DNA of 64,000 nucleotides from Eledone cirrhosa (taxonomy: Eukaryota), in contig OZ024757.1 of NCBI GenBank assembly GCA_964016885.1, positions 19,282,001 to 19,346,000 of the forward strand, read 5' to 3'. The notes beneath the pieces were generated by a model that searched no databases, was not told the origin of the DNA, and saw only the letters and a program-made list of their open reading frames with translations. This document shows positions 1 through 61,657 of this stretch, piece after piece (position 1 is the first letter of the stretch; each line of letters starts with the position of its first letter). The translations under genes were made by a program, and so were the position numbers.

Positions 1-372
1 GTGTTTGTATGTATGCATATGTATGTGTGTTTGTCTATATGCCTATGTATGTTTGTGTGTTTGTCTATATGTATGTATATGTGTGTTTGTCTATATGTAT
101 GTATATGTGTGTTTGTCTGTATGCCTATGTATGTATGTGTGTTTGTCTATATGCGTATGTATGTTTGTCTCTATGCCTATGTATGTATGTATGTGTGTTT
201 GTCTATATATGTATGTATGTTTGTCTCTATGCCTATGTATGTATGTATGTATGTTTGTTAGGGTGGAGGTGGAGGCTGTATAATATTCATTAAATTCTTT
301 TTATATTGATATTCATGTAAGAACTTTCACGTCAGAATTGACTCTGCGCTTAATATATGCAAAAAATATGTG

Positions 373-426
<54 letters not shown>

Positions 427-431
<5 letters not shown>

Positions 432-799
432 TTACGATATTAAATAAATGGAAACTATATTTATAAAACCATATTTATTTCATTATATATATTTCAGGGA
501 TATCATATTAAAAATATGGTATGCCTTCATCAGACAAAATACAATATAAACAGTCTTATAAATAGATAGATTTGACATACCTTACAACTTCAACTTCCAT
601 TTAAAAAGCCAAATCAACTTTTTAAATGGAAGTTGAAGTTGTAAGGTATGTCAAATCTATCTATTTATAAGACTGTTTATATTGTATTTTGTCTGATGAA
701 GGCATACCATATTTTTAATATGATATCCCTGAAATATATATAATGAAATAAATATGGTTTTATAAATATAGTTTCCATTTATTTAATATCGTAAATATA
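427..799. repeat. Inverted repeat, 182-bp arms (427-608 / 618-799), 9-nt spacer
   Basis: Arms are reverse complements with no mismatch noticed; each arm carries a hammerhead motif; flanked by (CA)n/(TA)n. Confidence 0.92.
686..749 (+). ncRNA. Type I hammerhead ribozyme motif (mirror copy on - strand at 477..540)
   Basis: attttgt-CTGATGA-stem II(700-730)-GAAA-TATATA-TA-atgaaat; stems I and II pair by inspection. Confidence 0.7.
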
Positions 800-2052
800 C
801 TCCAAATACTTGTTGAGTGCTTTTATTTCAGTTATAAATATTTACTCGTTGTAATCCAACAATTTAAATAAAACTTTGCATATATATATATATATATATA
901 TATATTTAAAGGTTAAACAAGGTTCAATGAATAAATCAAAGAATGAGTTTTACAATAGATTGGAAGCACTCAACAGCAAAAGGTTTTCTGGAGTTATTAA
1001 TATTAATTCAAAATATTAACAAAAATAGACATTCGTGTGATCAAGTATATTTTATTATACATATTTCAGAGGTACTGAGCTATCTTCAACAGTACGTCCT
1101 CATCAAATAAAATAAGATGATGCATGACATACCCTGACTTAGTAGATGGGTATGACTGAATCTTAACCATCTACTACACGCACACACACACTCACACACA
1201 CAATCTCTCACACTCACACACTCACTCACTCACACACACACGCACTCACTCACTCATAGACACACGCACTCACACACACTCACTCACACACACACACACT
1301 CTCTCTCACACACACACACACTCTCACACACTCACTCACACACACACACACACACTCACACACACTCACACACACTCACTCACTCACACACACACACTCT
1401 CTCACACACACACACACTCTCACACACACACTCACACACACTCACTCACAGACACTCACTCACACACACACACTCTCACACACACTCTCTCACACACACA
1501 CTCACTCTCTCACACACACACTCACTCTCACACTCACTCACACTCACTCACATTCACACACGCACTCACATTCACACACACACTCACACACACACACTCA
1601 CACACACTCACTCACACACACACTCTCACACACACACACTCACTCTCACACACTCTCTCACACACACTCTCACACACATTCACACACTCACTCACTCACA
1701 CACACACACACACACTCACTCACACACACTCACACACACTCACTCACACACACACTTTCACTCACACACACACACACACTCTCTCACACAGACAATAACA
1801 CACACATACACACAGTCTGCTACTATATTTAATCAATCCCGGAAGTATGGAAGACAGGAAGAGAATACCACCACAGTATTCCTTGTGATGCTCTACCGGT
1901 TATGGCAATACACCGCCCTCTATAGTAATAATTGTTTCTACTTTTGGCACAAGGCCAGCAAATACCCAGTACATTACTGGTACTTTATTTTATCGACCCC
2001 GTAAGGCTGAAAGGCAAAGTTAACCTTGGCAGGATTTATGTATATATATTAT

Positions 2053-2094
<42 letters not shown>

Positions 2095-2106
2095 TTAATA
2101 TAGATG

Positions 2107-2157
2107 AGATTCTACAGGACTAGAACTGTTTCATTCATTTGAAATCATCAGGAATCT
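2107..2157 (-). ncRNA. Type I hammerhead ribozyme motif
   Basis: Minus strand: agattc-CTGATGA-tttcaaatgaat-GAAA-CAG(ttctagtc)CTG-TA-gaatct; GUA cleavage triplet. Degenerate relatives at 56202-56276 and 59181-59227. Confidence 0.7.
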
Positions 2158-2278
2158 GGGTATCAAAAAATAAATATGGTATTTATATTAAAATCTCATC
2201 TATATTAAAACTGTTATACTCTGCTATGTATTGAGTACCTTACTTACTGTGGTTACCTCCGATTCAACCCGGAATAAC

Positions 2279-2323
<45 letters not shown>

Positions 2324-2356
2324 TATTATACATATATATTATACATATCTATCTAT

Positions 2357-2652
2357 CTAAGGCGGGTAAAATTCCCGAGATCCATGGACGAGTTCTCTCC
2401 AGCGGTCTCTGTCCCTCATTATCGCTGCCATGTCCTGTGTCTCCAACAGACTAGTGTCTGTCCTTAGGGCATCAACATATGTTAACCTTGGTCTTCCTCT
2501 TCCAGTGTGTCCATGTAGGGGCTCCCAAAGGAGCACTGAGTGCAATGTCAACTCTGGATGTCGGTGAGCATGTCCAGCCAACCTCAGTCTCCTCTGTGTC
2601 ACTTTTGAGCTGACTTTTGGGATGCTCCCATACAGCTCTGAGTTTTTCATCC
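2357..2652 (-). mobile_element. RTE-clade LINE 3' fragment
   Basis: Translates to RRLRLAGHAHRH...LLWEP...[11 protein letters not shown]...RDRDRWR; near-identical copy at 59651..59946. Confidence 0.8.
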
Positions 2653-5600
2653 ATTATACATATATATAATATATAATGAAGGAAATGTGGTAAGGAACCA
2701 GGTGGACCATAACGCACCAAAGTACTCAATACTTAGGGTAGTAGAGTGGGTTATAGGAACGAGTAGGGGCCCGACGGGGTCCTACTCATTCCTATATATA
2801 TATACATATTATACATATTATATATATATATATATATATATACATATTATACATATTATATATATATATATATATACATATTATACATATATATATACAT
2901 ATATATATACATATATATTATACATATATATATACATATATATTATGCATATATATATACATATATATATACATATATATATACATATATGATGATGATA
3001 TTATACATACATACATATATGTTATACATATATATTATTTATACATACATATATATTATCTATACATACATATATATTATACATACATACATATATATAT
3101 ATATATCGTATACATATATATATATATAAATGTTTCTACTTCTGGCACAAGGCCAGCAATTAATTACCCCAGTGTATTACTGGTACTTTGTTTTATCGAC
3201 CCTGTAAGGATGAAAGGCAAAGTTAACCTCAGCGGGATTTGAACTCAGAACGTAAAGGGCCATAACTCTATGCTGCAAAGCATGGTGTCTGATCCTCTAC
3301 CGATTCTATCTTTTGAGTTTTCAAAGATTTCCTTGTCTATCCTCCTTCTTCCCCTCAGCCATCTTTCAATGCAAGCCTCTCTCTCTTTCTCCTTCCATCT
3401 CTCTCTCTCTCTCCCCCCGTCTCTCTCTCTCTCCCTCTCTCTCTTTCTCCTTCCATCTCTCTCTCTTTCTCCTTCCATCTCTCTCTCTCTCTCTCTCTCT
3501 CCCCATCTCTCCCTGTCTCTCTCCCTCTCTCTCTCTCTCCACATCTCTCTCTCTCTCTCTCTCTCCCTCTGTCATTCCATTGTTCCCACCTTTTCTCTCT
3601 CTCCCTCACTCTCTCCTTCTGTCTTTCTCTCCCTTTCTCTCTCCTTCTGTCTTTCTCTCCCTCTCTCTCTCCCTCTCCTCCTGTCTCTCTCTCCCTCTCC
3701 CTCTCCTCCTGTCTCTCTCTCTCTCTCTCCCTCTCCCCCTGTCTCTCCCTCCCTCTCTCTCTCCTCTCTCTTCTCTCTATCTCTCTCTTTCTCTCCCTCT
3801 CTACCAATTTCTCAACTCATTGCTAGATACCAAATTCACAAGTCTGTCTGTCTACCCACCGAGACCATAATGTCTTCTAGAACAGATTCTTCAAAGTAAC
3901 CCCCCCCCACACACACACACTTCCTACCTCACCTCCCACCCACCCCCACTTCCTCCCTCACCTCCCGCCTACCCCCCACTTCCTCCCTCACCACCATCTC
4001 CCAGTTAATAGCTATTTTCTGTTTCCAAATACATCCGAGATCAAAACCCACTTTGTTGCCTCTACTCTTGTTCTTATTACTGTTGCCGTTACTTTTGTTG
4101 TAATTCCGTCACATTACTGAAGTTCCTTTACATATCCTTGTTTCTCTGGAACTCTGCCACAATTCTCTCTCTTTAATCGTAGTGCTTCACTTGTTTTCGG
4201 GTTCTTTTTTTTTTTTTTTTTTTTTTTACAAGTGGAATGGTAAAAGTAGAGCTTTTGTTGTCTACCACCACTGAATAGAACCACATTATTGCTAATGAAA
4301 ATATTTGATCTTTTGGCGTTTCATTTTAGAAAGGAAGAAGAAGAAAAAAAAAAACCAATAAAATATAAATTAAAATTAAAATATAATAAAAAATAAAATA
4401 GAATAGAAATAAAATTTTAAAAAAAAATGAAACAAAATAATTGTTTCTACTTTTGACACAATGCCAGCAAATCAATCACAGTGTATTACTGGTACTTTAT
4501 TTTATCGACCCCCGTAAGGATGAAAGGCAAAGTTAACCTCGGCGGGATTTGAACTCAGACCGTAAAGGCCGTAACTCTATGCTGCAAAGCATGGCGTCCG
4601 ACCCTCTACCGATACTGCCAATATAATAAAATAAATAAAATTAAATAAAATTAAATAAAATTAAAATTAAATATAATAAAAATGATATAGTAAAAATAAA
4701 AATAAAATAATATAATAAAATTAAATTAAAATAAGGTATATTAAAAATAAAAATAAAATAAAATAAAATAATAAAAACAAATAAAAATTAAATTAAAATA
4801 AGATATATTAACAATTAAAATAAAATAAAATAAATAAAAATAAAATTAAATAAAAATTAAATATATTAAAAATAAGGTTAAATAAAAATAGAATTTCCCA
4901 TGAAACATCTCTTTTGTATTTGATGGGTTTCCTATGTTGAATTTTGGTCTCTTTTAGGATAGATATATATATATACATATATACATACACACACGTATAC
5001 ATATATATATATGTATGTATGTATATATATAATGTATGTATGTATGTGTATATACACAGATTATATATATATATATAATGTGTCATCATCATCATCATCA
5101 TCATCAGGTTTAGCGTCCGTGTTCCACGCTTGCATGGGTTTGGACGTGGGGTTTTCCCACTTGAGGCAAGAGTGGTTGTCTTGCTCGCATAGGACTGTCT
5201 GGCGGGTTTTCTACAGTTGGATGCCCTTCCTAACACCAACCACATTTACAGTGTGGGGCTGGGAGGTTTTTACCGTGTTGCCTACACGGCCACATTACAG
5301 CGTGGACTGTCTGGCGGGTTTTCTACAGCTGGATGCCCTTCCTAACACCAACCACATTTACAGTGTGGGGCTGGGAGGTTTTTACCGTGTTGCCTACACG
5401 GCCACATTTACAGCGTGGACTGTGTGTTTTTTGTCGTGACACCTACACGATCTCATTTGTGTGTATATATATATATATATATGTATATACACATAAGGAG
5501 CTCTTAAGAGTCAATGGCCATCCAAAATCACCGGGAGAGATGACCCTTTCGCCTTTGTCAAGGCAGAATTCTAGAAGGAAAACTCTGATATAACACCTGC

Positions 5601-5943
5601 AACTCTGATGGTATCCAATGATGTTGACTTGTTCTTCTTTTTGGTAAATATCTTGGTTAAGAGAGTGGGACTGGCTTTGTGCAGTGCCTTTGCTCACTAT
5701 AAAAGCTTCACGGCACAGGCATTGCTTTATATCTGGAGATCACTCTGCACTTGTCGTCACATGGTACCATGGGCCCAGCACTATGTATCAATAATTGTCA
5801 CAGGTGTAGTGTTTGTACCAGAGTTTTCAAGTTGCTGGCTGGACTAAAAAGCCACACTCGTTCAGCACATCGGTAGGGGTTCTCCTACATGGATATAAAG
5901 TAGTGGCCGTACTCGAAAACGAGTTGGCAGCCACCATATATAT

Positions 5944-5980
<37 letters not shown>

Positions 5981-7901
5981 ATAAAGTGTTCACTGAAGAA
6001 AAATGTTTTATTGAAAGGAATTGCATTGTCTTTTATGTAAACTACCATATACCTAGCTTTGATTCAGTTGACATCATCATCATCGTCATCATTACCATCA
6101 TCATTATCACCATCATTACCATCATCATTATTACCATCATCATCATCATCATCATCACCATCATTATTATCACCATCATCATCATCATCATCATTATTAC
6201 TAAGCATCAGACACTCTATAGTCTGCTGCTCTTTCAAGGTGGCTACATAGTCTGTCTAATTGGTAGCAGCATCCCTGGTCAAAACTAGTCCAACATGGGT
6301 AAGCAGATTTAACCCTTTAGCATTTACGTTACTCTATATATACTATCATATTTCCATGGTAAACACTTTATCTCACATAATATCGAATTTATGAAATTTT
6401 GATATTATTTATTTTGAGCAGTTGATTGGCAGTATCGATAGAGTTATGCACCACAGAGTTATGGCCCTTTATGGTCTGAGTTCAAATCCCGCCGAGGTTA
6501 ACTTTGCCTTTTACTTTCACTCTTACGGGGTCGATAAAATAAAATACCAGTAATGTACTGGCCTTGTGCCAAAAGTAGAAACAATTATTTATTTTGAGAA
6601 CAGTACCTTAACATCAGTATGAGTGGCTAGTTACAACCTGTTTGAACAGAAAGATGCGAGAGAATCCTGGCCAAATATGGCTGGTTTGAATGCTAAAGGG
6701 TTAAAAGTCTAATGGTTTCTACATTTGACACAAGGACAGCAATTTGAAAGTCGATTAAATCGACCCCAGTGCATTACTGGTGCTTTAGTTTATCGACCCC
6801 GTAAGGATGAAAGGCGAAGCTAACATGGTCGGGATTTGAAAAAAAGAGCTTAACCCATTAGCATTTAAACCGGCCATTTCTAGAATTCTCTCACTTCTTT
6901 CTTTTCAAACCAGACGTAACTGTCCACTCATACTGATGTTAAGGTATTGTTCTGAAAATAAATAACAACAAAATCTCATAGATTCACTATTATGTGAGAT
7001 ATTATGTGAGGTAAAGCCTTTACCATGAAAATATAATAGTATATATAGAGTAATGTAAATGTTATGTGAGGTAAAGCCTTTACCATGAAAATATAATAGT
7101 ATATATAGAGTAATGTAAATGTTATGTGAGATGTTATGTGAGGTAAAGCCTTTACCATGAAAATATAATAGTATATATAGAGTAATGTAAATGTTATGTG
7201 AGATAATTATGTACGGTAAAGTGTTTACCATGAAAATATAATAGTATATATAGAGTAATGTAAATCTTATGTGAGATATTATGTGAGGTAAAGTGTTTAC
7301 CATGAAAATATAATAGTATATATAGAGTAATGTAAATGTTATGTGAGATATTATGTGAGGTAAAGCCTTTACTGTGAAAATACAATAGTATATACAGAGT
7401 AATGTAAATATTATGTGAGGTAAAGCTTTTACCATGAAAATATAATAGTATATATAGAGTAATGTAAATGTTATGTGAGATATTATGTGAGGTAAAGCTT
7501 TTACCATGAAAATATAATAGTATATATAGAGTAATGTAAATCTTATGTGAGATATTATGTGAGGTAAAGCCTTTACCATGAAAATAGAATAGTAAATACA
7601 GAGTGATGTGAATGCTAAAGGGTTAAAGGGCCGTAACTCTAAGTTGCGAAGCCTAGTGCCCGATGCTCTACCGATTTCTGCCAATCCAAATGTGAATCTG
7701 TTAGATGACAGAAAATAAAATCAGTGTTTAATACTACCAAACAGTCTGCTATCAGAAATTCCTTAGACCAAGCCATAGAGTAAACCAATGCTGAGAAATG
7801 GTAACGCTACACCCCTAAGCCAATGTAGAAGAATTAATATGACGCCAAAATAACAAATTTCTGAGGAGTGACATTTTTTATTTATTATATATATATATAT
7901 A

Positions 7902-7932
<31 letters not shown>

Positions 7933-8071
7933 GCATTTAAAAAATTTATAGCCCTGAAATCTCGTTTTGCGTATGTATATGTGTGTATATATGTATATAT
8001 GTATATATATATATGTATTTATATATATATGTATGTATATATATATATACATATATATGTATATATATATA

Positions 8072-8126
<55 letters not shown>

Positions 8127-8161
8127 GTATATCTATATACATATATATGTATATATATATA

Positions 8162-8220
<59 letters not shown>

Positions 8221-8281
8221 GTGCACCTGCACTCACATATTCACATGTATACACATATACATTTAGATATACAAACATATG

Positions 8282-8419
<138 letters not shown>

Positions 8420-8650
8420 CTGATACACACATATATATATACACACACTTGACCATATTTGGGAGAAATCTGGTGATATTTGAGCCTAAAGAGCTTCTGA
8501 TATTTATTAACTCTCTTCCCCCCCCCCACAACCACCCCATCACACACTCCCCCACCACCACCAACCCATAACCCCCCCCCAAATCACCTCCCCCCACATC
8601 ATCACACACTCTCGCCCTCAATCTTTCAGTCTCTCTCTCTCACTCTCACA

Positions 8651-8687
<37 letters not shown>

Positions 8688-9001
8688 CCTCTATCTTTCA
8701 ATCTCTCCCTCTCTCTCTCCCTCTCTGTTCCTCTCTCTCCCTCTGTCCCTCTCTTACTCTCTCTCCCTCTCCCTCTCTCCCCCATCTATATCCCCCTCCC
8801 CCATCTATCTCCCTATCTCCCCTCTATCTTTCAGTCCCTCTCTCCATTTCTCCCCCACTCTCTCTCTCCCTCTACCCCCTCTCTCCCTCTACCCCCCCCT
8901 CTCTTATCTTCAAGTGTCTTTACTTATATTCCACCCAATGTGAGGCAGGTTAACTGTCACAGGAACCTTTATAACCAGCTGATATTGATACCAGCATATC
9001 T

Positions 9002-9990
<989 letters not shown>

Positions 9991-10210
9991 AAAACAGAAA
10001 AGGACCGTTATAGACACAAGATAGATTTTGAAAAATACCGTATTTATATAAATACTTTTCTGTTTTAATGTATCCTTAACTTATATATCCTTAACTTCTA
10101 TCCTTAACTTATATCCCTTGTGATTTTGAATTTTTACCTCATTGCTGTTAGCGAGCTTATACTATTAAGTCAACGATAAGGTGTGTCAGTATCTTAACAT
10201 CAAATATTAT

Positions 10211-10268
10211 ATTTTATCTGATGAAAGCACACTAAAATTTTGTGTCTTTGAAATACGTATAATAAAAT
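10211..10268 (+). ncRNA. Type I hammerhead ribozyme motif
   Basis: attttat-CTGATGA-aagcacactaaaattttgtgtcttt-GAAA-TACGTA-TA-ataaaat; perfect 7-bp stem I, palindromic stem III. Confidence 0.75.
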
Positions 10269-11069
10269 AAATATGGTATTGTAAAGATATTTTCCATTTA
10301 TTAATATTGTTATTATATATATATTCTACTAAAGAAATCAAATTATTTCAGGATGAAAAAATTTGTCAATGATATTTAAACTATAATAAAGTGAGGGACC
10401 GCATACGGTTTATTTCTTTTAATCCAGTTCGTAAAATAAGTTGAATTACTTTGAATAAATAATTGTTTCTACTTTAGGAACAAGGCCTGCAATTATCCCA
10501 GTGCATTACTGGTACTTTATTTTATCGACCCCGTAAGGATGAAAGGCAAAGTCAACCTCGGCGGGATTTGAACTCAGATCGTAAAGGGACGTAACTATGC
10601 TGGAAAGCATGGCGTCCGACCCTCTACCTATACTGACAATCCACCGCCTTTTGAATAAATAATGAATGATTATTACCTAATTTATCTACTCTACTAAATT
10701 TCGTAGCTGTTGATTAAATATATTTTATTGCTTATTTAAAGATTCACTTCTTTAAAATTTTCAAATGTCAACAATTCCGGTTAGCGATCGCTTAAATAAA
10801 CATTAATATATTTCTGTCACTAATTTTCTTTTAATGCAGTTTATATATATCGTCTTTTTTTAATGTATCATGGATTACGTTACTGATTACATAAGAGAGT
10901 GTAATGCAGTCTTTGTTCAATTTCTGTGTATATTGTCAATTACGATTTTATTTGATGTATTATATCTCTATACATATACATGCATATATACTTGCATATA
11001 ATATCAATATGCACACTACACATGTTAGCAGAAAACCAGCTGAATGGTGGTTTTCTGCTAGTATTGTTA

Positions 11070-11102
<33 letters not shown>

Positions 11103-11506
11103 TGGAGGCACATGGTTTAGTGTTTAGAGCATTGGCCTTGCAATCGAAAGGTTGTGAGTTCAATTCTCAGACTGGGTGATGTGTTGTTTCCTTGGGCAAG
11201 ACACTTTATTTCACAGTTTATTGCTCCAGTTTACTCAGCTGTAGAAATGAGATGATAGGACTGGGGTCCCTATCATTCCACTGCAAAGTGGTCGTGGAGG
11301 TGCCACGGCAAAAAAAGCACCCAGCCTACACTGTAAAGTGGATGTGTAGGTGCCATGGAAAAAAAAAAAGTTAGGAAGGGCATCCAGCTGTAGAAATCAA
11401 GCCAGAATCAGTTCCCGTCTCACCCTTGAAAGCAGGGAAAAGCAGACGTAAAATGATGATGATGATGATATACATATATATTTAATGAAGGGTATTTTTA
11501 GTATAT

Positions 11507-12029
11507 TGTTAGATGGAGTAACAAGATTATTAGATATAACAAGAATGGCTGATTTACTTTATATATAAAGGTTTACTCCACTTGAGTCAAAAAGAACAAT
11601 AAACATATTACCACGAGTTGCAAAGGTTGACAATGTTATTTTTGTTGTTGGTTCATGAGGCTGATTTAGTCTGTGCCAAGAGAGAGAGATAATGGTCTGT
11701 AGTTGACTGTAGACCTCTGTGGCCTGTAGATAGCGGTGAATCTTTCACATAGCTTGTCTGTATCGTAGTGCTTCGATCTCTCTGTATGTCTGTAGACTTC
11801 TGGGGCCTGAAGGTAGCAGTGAATCTTTACATAGTTTGTTGCTAGCGTAATGCTCCGATCTCTCTGTATCTAAGGTGGGAAAATATAGGCTCTATATACC
11901 CGTCGCTCTCTGTCTCCCACCTTGAGGGGATAGCCCACGCATGAATCTGTTCGCACCAAAAGGGTGGTGACCTAGAATTTGACTTTTAGGTGTCACCCAA
12001 GGTTCAAGGCGTGGACAGATTTCGCTACA
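11507..12029. mobile_element. Possible solo LTR
   Basis: About 520-bp unique block with TGT...ACA termini flanked by tatat on both sides; no second copy in the window. Confidence 0.3.
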
Positions 12030-12650
12030 TATATATATATTCTACTAAAGAAATACACTTACACCTCTCCAAGACAATGTCACTGGACCGAGATCTTTGG
12101 CGATACACAGTAATACAGAAGACCCGCCTTGCCTAAGTACAAAGCGAAACCTACAGTCAGTAGGCACCTCTAACAAAACACACCCGGCCCCATCCACACC
12201 ACCCCTTCCAATGTAAAGTTATGTTGGTACCACAGCATCCAGTCCGAAACAAATGAGGGCGTGTAGGTGTCACAACAAACAAAAACACACAGTCCACGCT
12301 GTAATGTGGCCGTGTAGGTAACAGGGTAAAAACCTACCAGTCCACACTGTAAACGTGGTTGGTGTTAGGAAGGGCATCCAGCCGTAGAAAACCCGCCAGA
12401 CAGTCCCATACGAGCAAGACAACCAATCTTGCCTCAAGTGGGAAAATTCCCGTCCAAACCCATGCTAGCGTGGAAGATGGACGTTAAACGATGATGATGA
12501 TGATGATGAAATCAAATTATTTCAGAATAAAAAAATTTGTCAATGATATTTTTTCAATATTTCTGTTTCCCCTTTCTATTGAATCTCTGTTATCTATTGA
12601 TATTTTTCTGTTTTTCTTTTTTTTTTTTTTTTGTCTGTGTGTTGTTTTAG

Positions 12651-58570
<45,920 letters not shown>

Positions 58571-58635
58571 GTATGTCGGAGCTTAACTATTGTGTGTCCC
58601 ATTGGCCTCCTCCCCCCCATCACTTTCTCTCTCTT

Positions 58636-58686
<51 letters not shown>

Positions 58687-58731
58687 TATATATATATATA
58701 TGCATATATACATATTATGCATATATACATG

Positions 58732-58774
<43 letters not shown>

Positions 58775-58814
58775 TATATACATATTATATATATATATAT
58801 GTATATATACATAT

Positions 58815-58847
<33 letters not shown>

Positions 58848-58914
58848 TATATATATATGTATATATACATATTATGTATATATACATATTATATATATAT
58901 GTATATATACATAT

Positions 58915-58953
<39 letters not shown>

Positions 58954-58959
58954 TATATA

Positions 58960-59006
<47 letters not shown>

Positions 59007-59042
59007 GTATATATACATATATATATATGTATATATACATAT

Positions 59043-59138
<96 letters not shown>

Positions 59139-59482
59139 TATATACATACACATATATATATATGTAAAATATAGAAAACGATTCTACAGGATTAGAACTG
59201 TTTCATTCGAAGGAAATCATCAAGGAAAGCCTTATGCTCCTTCGAATGAAACAGTTCTAGCCCTGTTGAAGCCATTTCTATATTAAATATTGTATATACT
59301 CTATTATGTATTGAGTACCTTACTTACTGTGGTTACCCCCTTATTGAACACGGGATACACATTATCTTTCTATCTATTTCTCTCCTGTCATATGACATCT
59401 GGTATTATGGTGTTCATGGTATTGAAGGAGCCTCTATTTTCTATCAATTACGTATATGTATATATAGATATACATGTATCTT

Positions 59483-59539
<57 letters not shown>

Positions 59540-59598
59540 ATGTATATTTATAATTATCTTGGAAAAGGAATTTTAGCCATTCAAAAGTACACAAGTAA

Positions 59599-59650
<52 letters not shown>

Positions 59651-59652
<2 letters not shown>

Positions 59653-59946
59653 AAGGCGGGTAAAATTCCCGAGATCCATGGACGAGTTCTCTCCAGCGGT
59701 CTCTGTCCCTCATTATCGCTGCCATATCCTGCATCTCCAACAGACCAGTGTCTGTCCTTAGGGCATCAACATATGTTAACCTTGGTCTTCCTCTTCTAGT
59801 GTGTCCATGTAGGGGCTCCCAAAGGAGCACTGAGTGCAATGTCAACTCTGGATGTCGGTGAGCATGTCCAGCCAACCTCAGTCTCCTCTGTGTCACTTTT
59901 GAGCTGACTTTTGGGATGCTCCCATACAGCTCTGAGTTTTTCATCC
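59651..59946 (-). mobile_element. RTE-clade LINE 3' fragment
   Basis: Near-identical to 2357..2652. Confidence 0.8.
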
Positions 59947-59970
59947 TCAGTGTATATATATATATATATA

Positions 59971-60310
59971 TGGAGGCACATGGCTTAGTGGTTAGAGCAT
60001 TGGCCTTGTAATCGAAAGGTTGTGAGTTCAATTCTCAGACCGGGTGATGTGTTGTTTCCTTGAGCAAGACACTTTATTTCACATTGCTCCAGTTAACTCA
60101 GCTGTAGAAATGAGATGATAGGGACTGGGGTCCCTATCATTCCACTGCAAAGTCGTCGTGGAGGTGCCACGGCAAAAAAGCACCCAGCACTCACTGTAAA
60201 ATGAGGTTGGTGTTAGGAAGGGCATCCAGCTGTAGAAATCAAGCCAGAATCAGTTCCCGTCCCACCCTTGCAAGCAGGGAAAAGCGGACGTAAAATGATG
60301 ATGATGATGA
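59971..60310 (+). mobile_element. tRNA-derived CORE-type SINE with (GAT)n tail (representative copy)
   Basis: A box TGGCTTAGTGG, B box GAGTTCAATTC, MIR/CORE-like ccttgagcaagacacttta...cagttaactcagctgtagaaatg. Other copies near 11103-11468(+), 18455-18789(-), 28168-28513(-), 28553-28713(+), 44894-45220(+), 52321-52640(+), 60615-60962(+). Confidence 0.8.
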
Positions 60311-60336
60311 TATATATATATATATATAGTGTGTGT

Positions 60337-60454
60337 GTAAGATAGTAATATGGACATAAACAAGAGAAGAAACCCTTCATCAGCTGTTAACTGTGCACAG
60401 TTAACAGCTGATGAAGGGTTTCTTCTTTTGTTTACGTCCATATTACTATCTTAC
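60337..60454. repeat. Spacerless palindrome, 59-bp arms
   Basis: Centred on ctgtg|cacag; CTGATGA occurs on both strands but without a downstream GAAA, as in a truncated hammerhead element. Confidence 0.85.
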
Positions 60455-61120
60455 TCTTTGTTTACAGTAACCACACAGAGTCCGGTATGTTTCTTGTAAT
60501 TATATATATATATCCATTTTGACGCTATAGTCACTTATCTTATATATTATGGAATACTGTTGGCTTCTTGTTACAATAATTTCTATACTTTTCATTTATA
60601 TATATATATATATATGGAGGTACATGGCTTAGTGGTTAGAGCATTGGCCTTGCAATCGAAAGGTTGTGAGTTCAATTCTCAGACCGGGTGATGTGTTGTT
60701 TCCTTGGGCAAGACACTTTATTTCACATTGCTCCAGTTTACTCAGCTGTAGAAATGAGATGATAGGGACAGGGGTCTCTATCATTCCACTGCAAAGTGGT
60801 CGTGGAGGTGCCACGGCAAAAAAGCACCCAGCACTCACTGTAAATGAGGTTGGTGTTAGGAAGGGCATCCAGCTGTAGAAATCAAGCCAGCATCAGTTCC
60901 CGTCCCACCCTTGCAAACAGGGAAAAGCGAACGTAAAATGAAATGATGATGATGATGATGATATATATATAAAGCCTCGTCAGTAACTAAATTTCAAATC
61001 AAGTGCCATGATACTGTGTTCAGTGACCATGACACAGTGTGGCAATGGAAGTATTGTCCATGAGTATGGAACCAAAATTTTGGCATCAAGATATAAATGA
61101 TATACATACAATGTATTTAA

Positions 61121-61334
61121 CCCTTTAGCATTTAAAGCGGCCATATCTGGCCAGAATTCTCTCACCTCTTTCTGTTCAAACTTGCCATAATTAGTTGCTC
61201 AAACTGATGTTAAGGTATTGTTCTGAAAATATATAATATCAAAATCTCATAGATTTGATATTACGTGAGGTAAAGACTTTATCACAAAAATACAATAGTA
61301 TATATATATATAGAGTAATATAAATGGTAAAGGG
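61121..61334. mobile_element. piggyBac-type MITE, about 214 bp (representative copy)
   Basis: TTAA target site on both sides; TIR CCCTTTAGCATTTA...TAAATG(C/G)TAAAGGG. Further single or multimeric copies near 6309-6704, 6850-7626, 14965-15555, 21735-22661, 24412-25022, 35727-36150, 47873-48441. Confidence 0.8.
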
Positions 61335-61457
61335 TTAACAGATTTTGCTTGTTTTGGTGGGGTTTTCTTTTGTTTTGAATGGCTAAAATGACTTTTCGAT
61401 AATTTAAAAGGTTATCTGGTCAATTTGACTTGTTAGACAAGTACAACTCTGATATAA

Positions 61458-61513
<56 letters not shown>

Positions 61514-61526
61514 TTATTTACATCTT

Positions 61527-61573
<47 letters not shown>

Positions 61574-61607
61574 GTATTTATATACATATGTATATATATA
61601 TATATTA

Positions 61608-61657
<50 letters not shown>

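Noticed and set aside
5490-5940. GC-richer unique blocks between (TA)n tracts (also 15735-15930, 39520-39985)
   Set aside because: Probably decayed TE fragments, but no recognisable domain or termini.
59971-60045. tRNA-like A/B boxes
   Set aside because: SINE heads that continue into CORE and LINE-derived tails; no complete cloverleaf seen.
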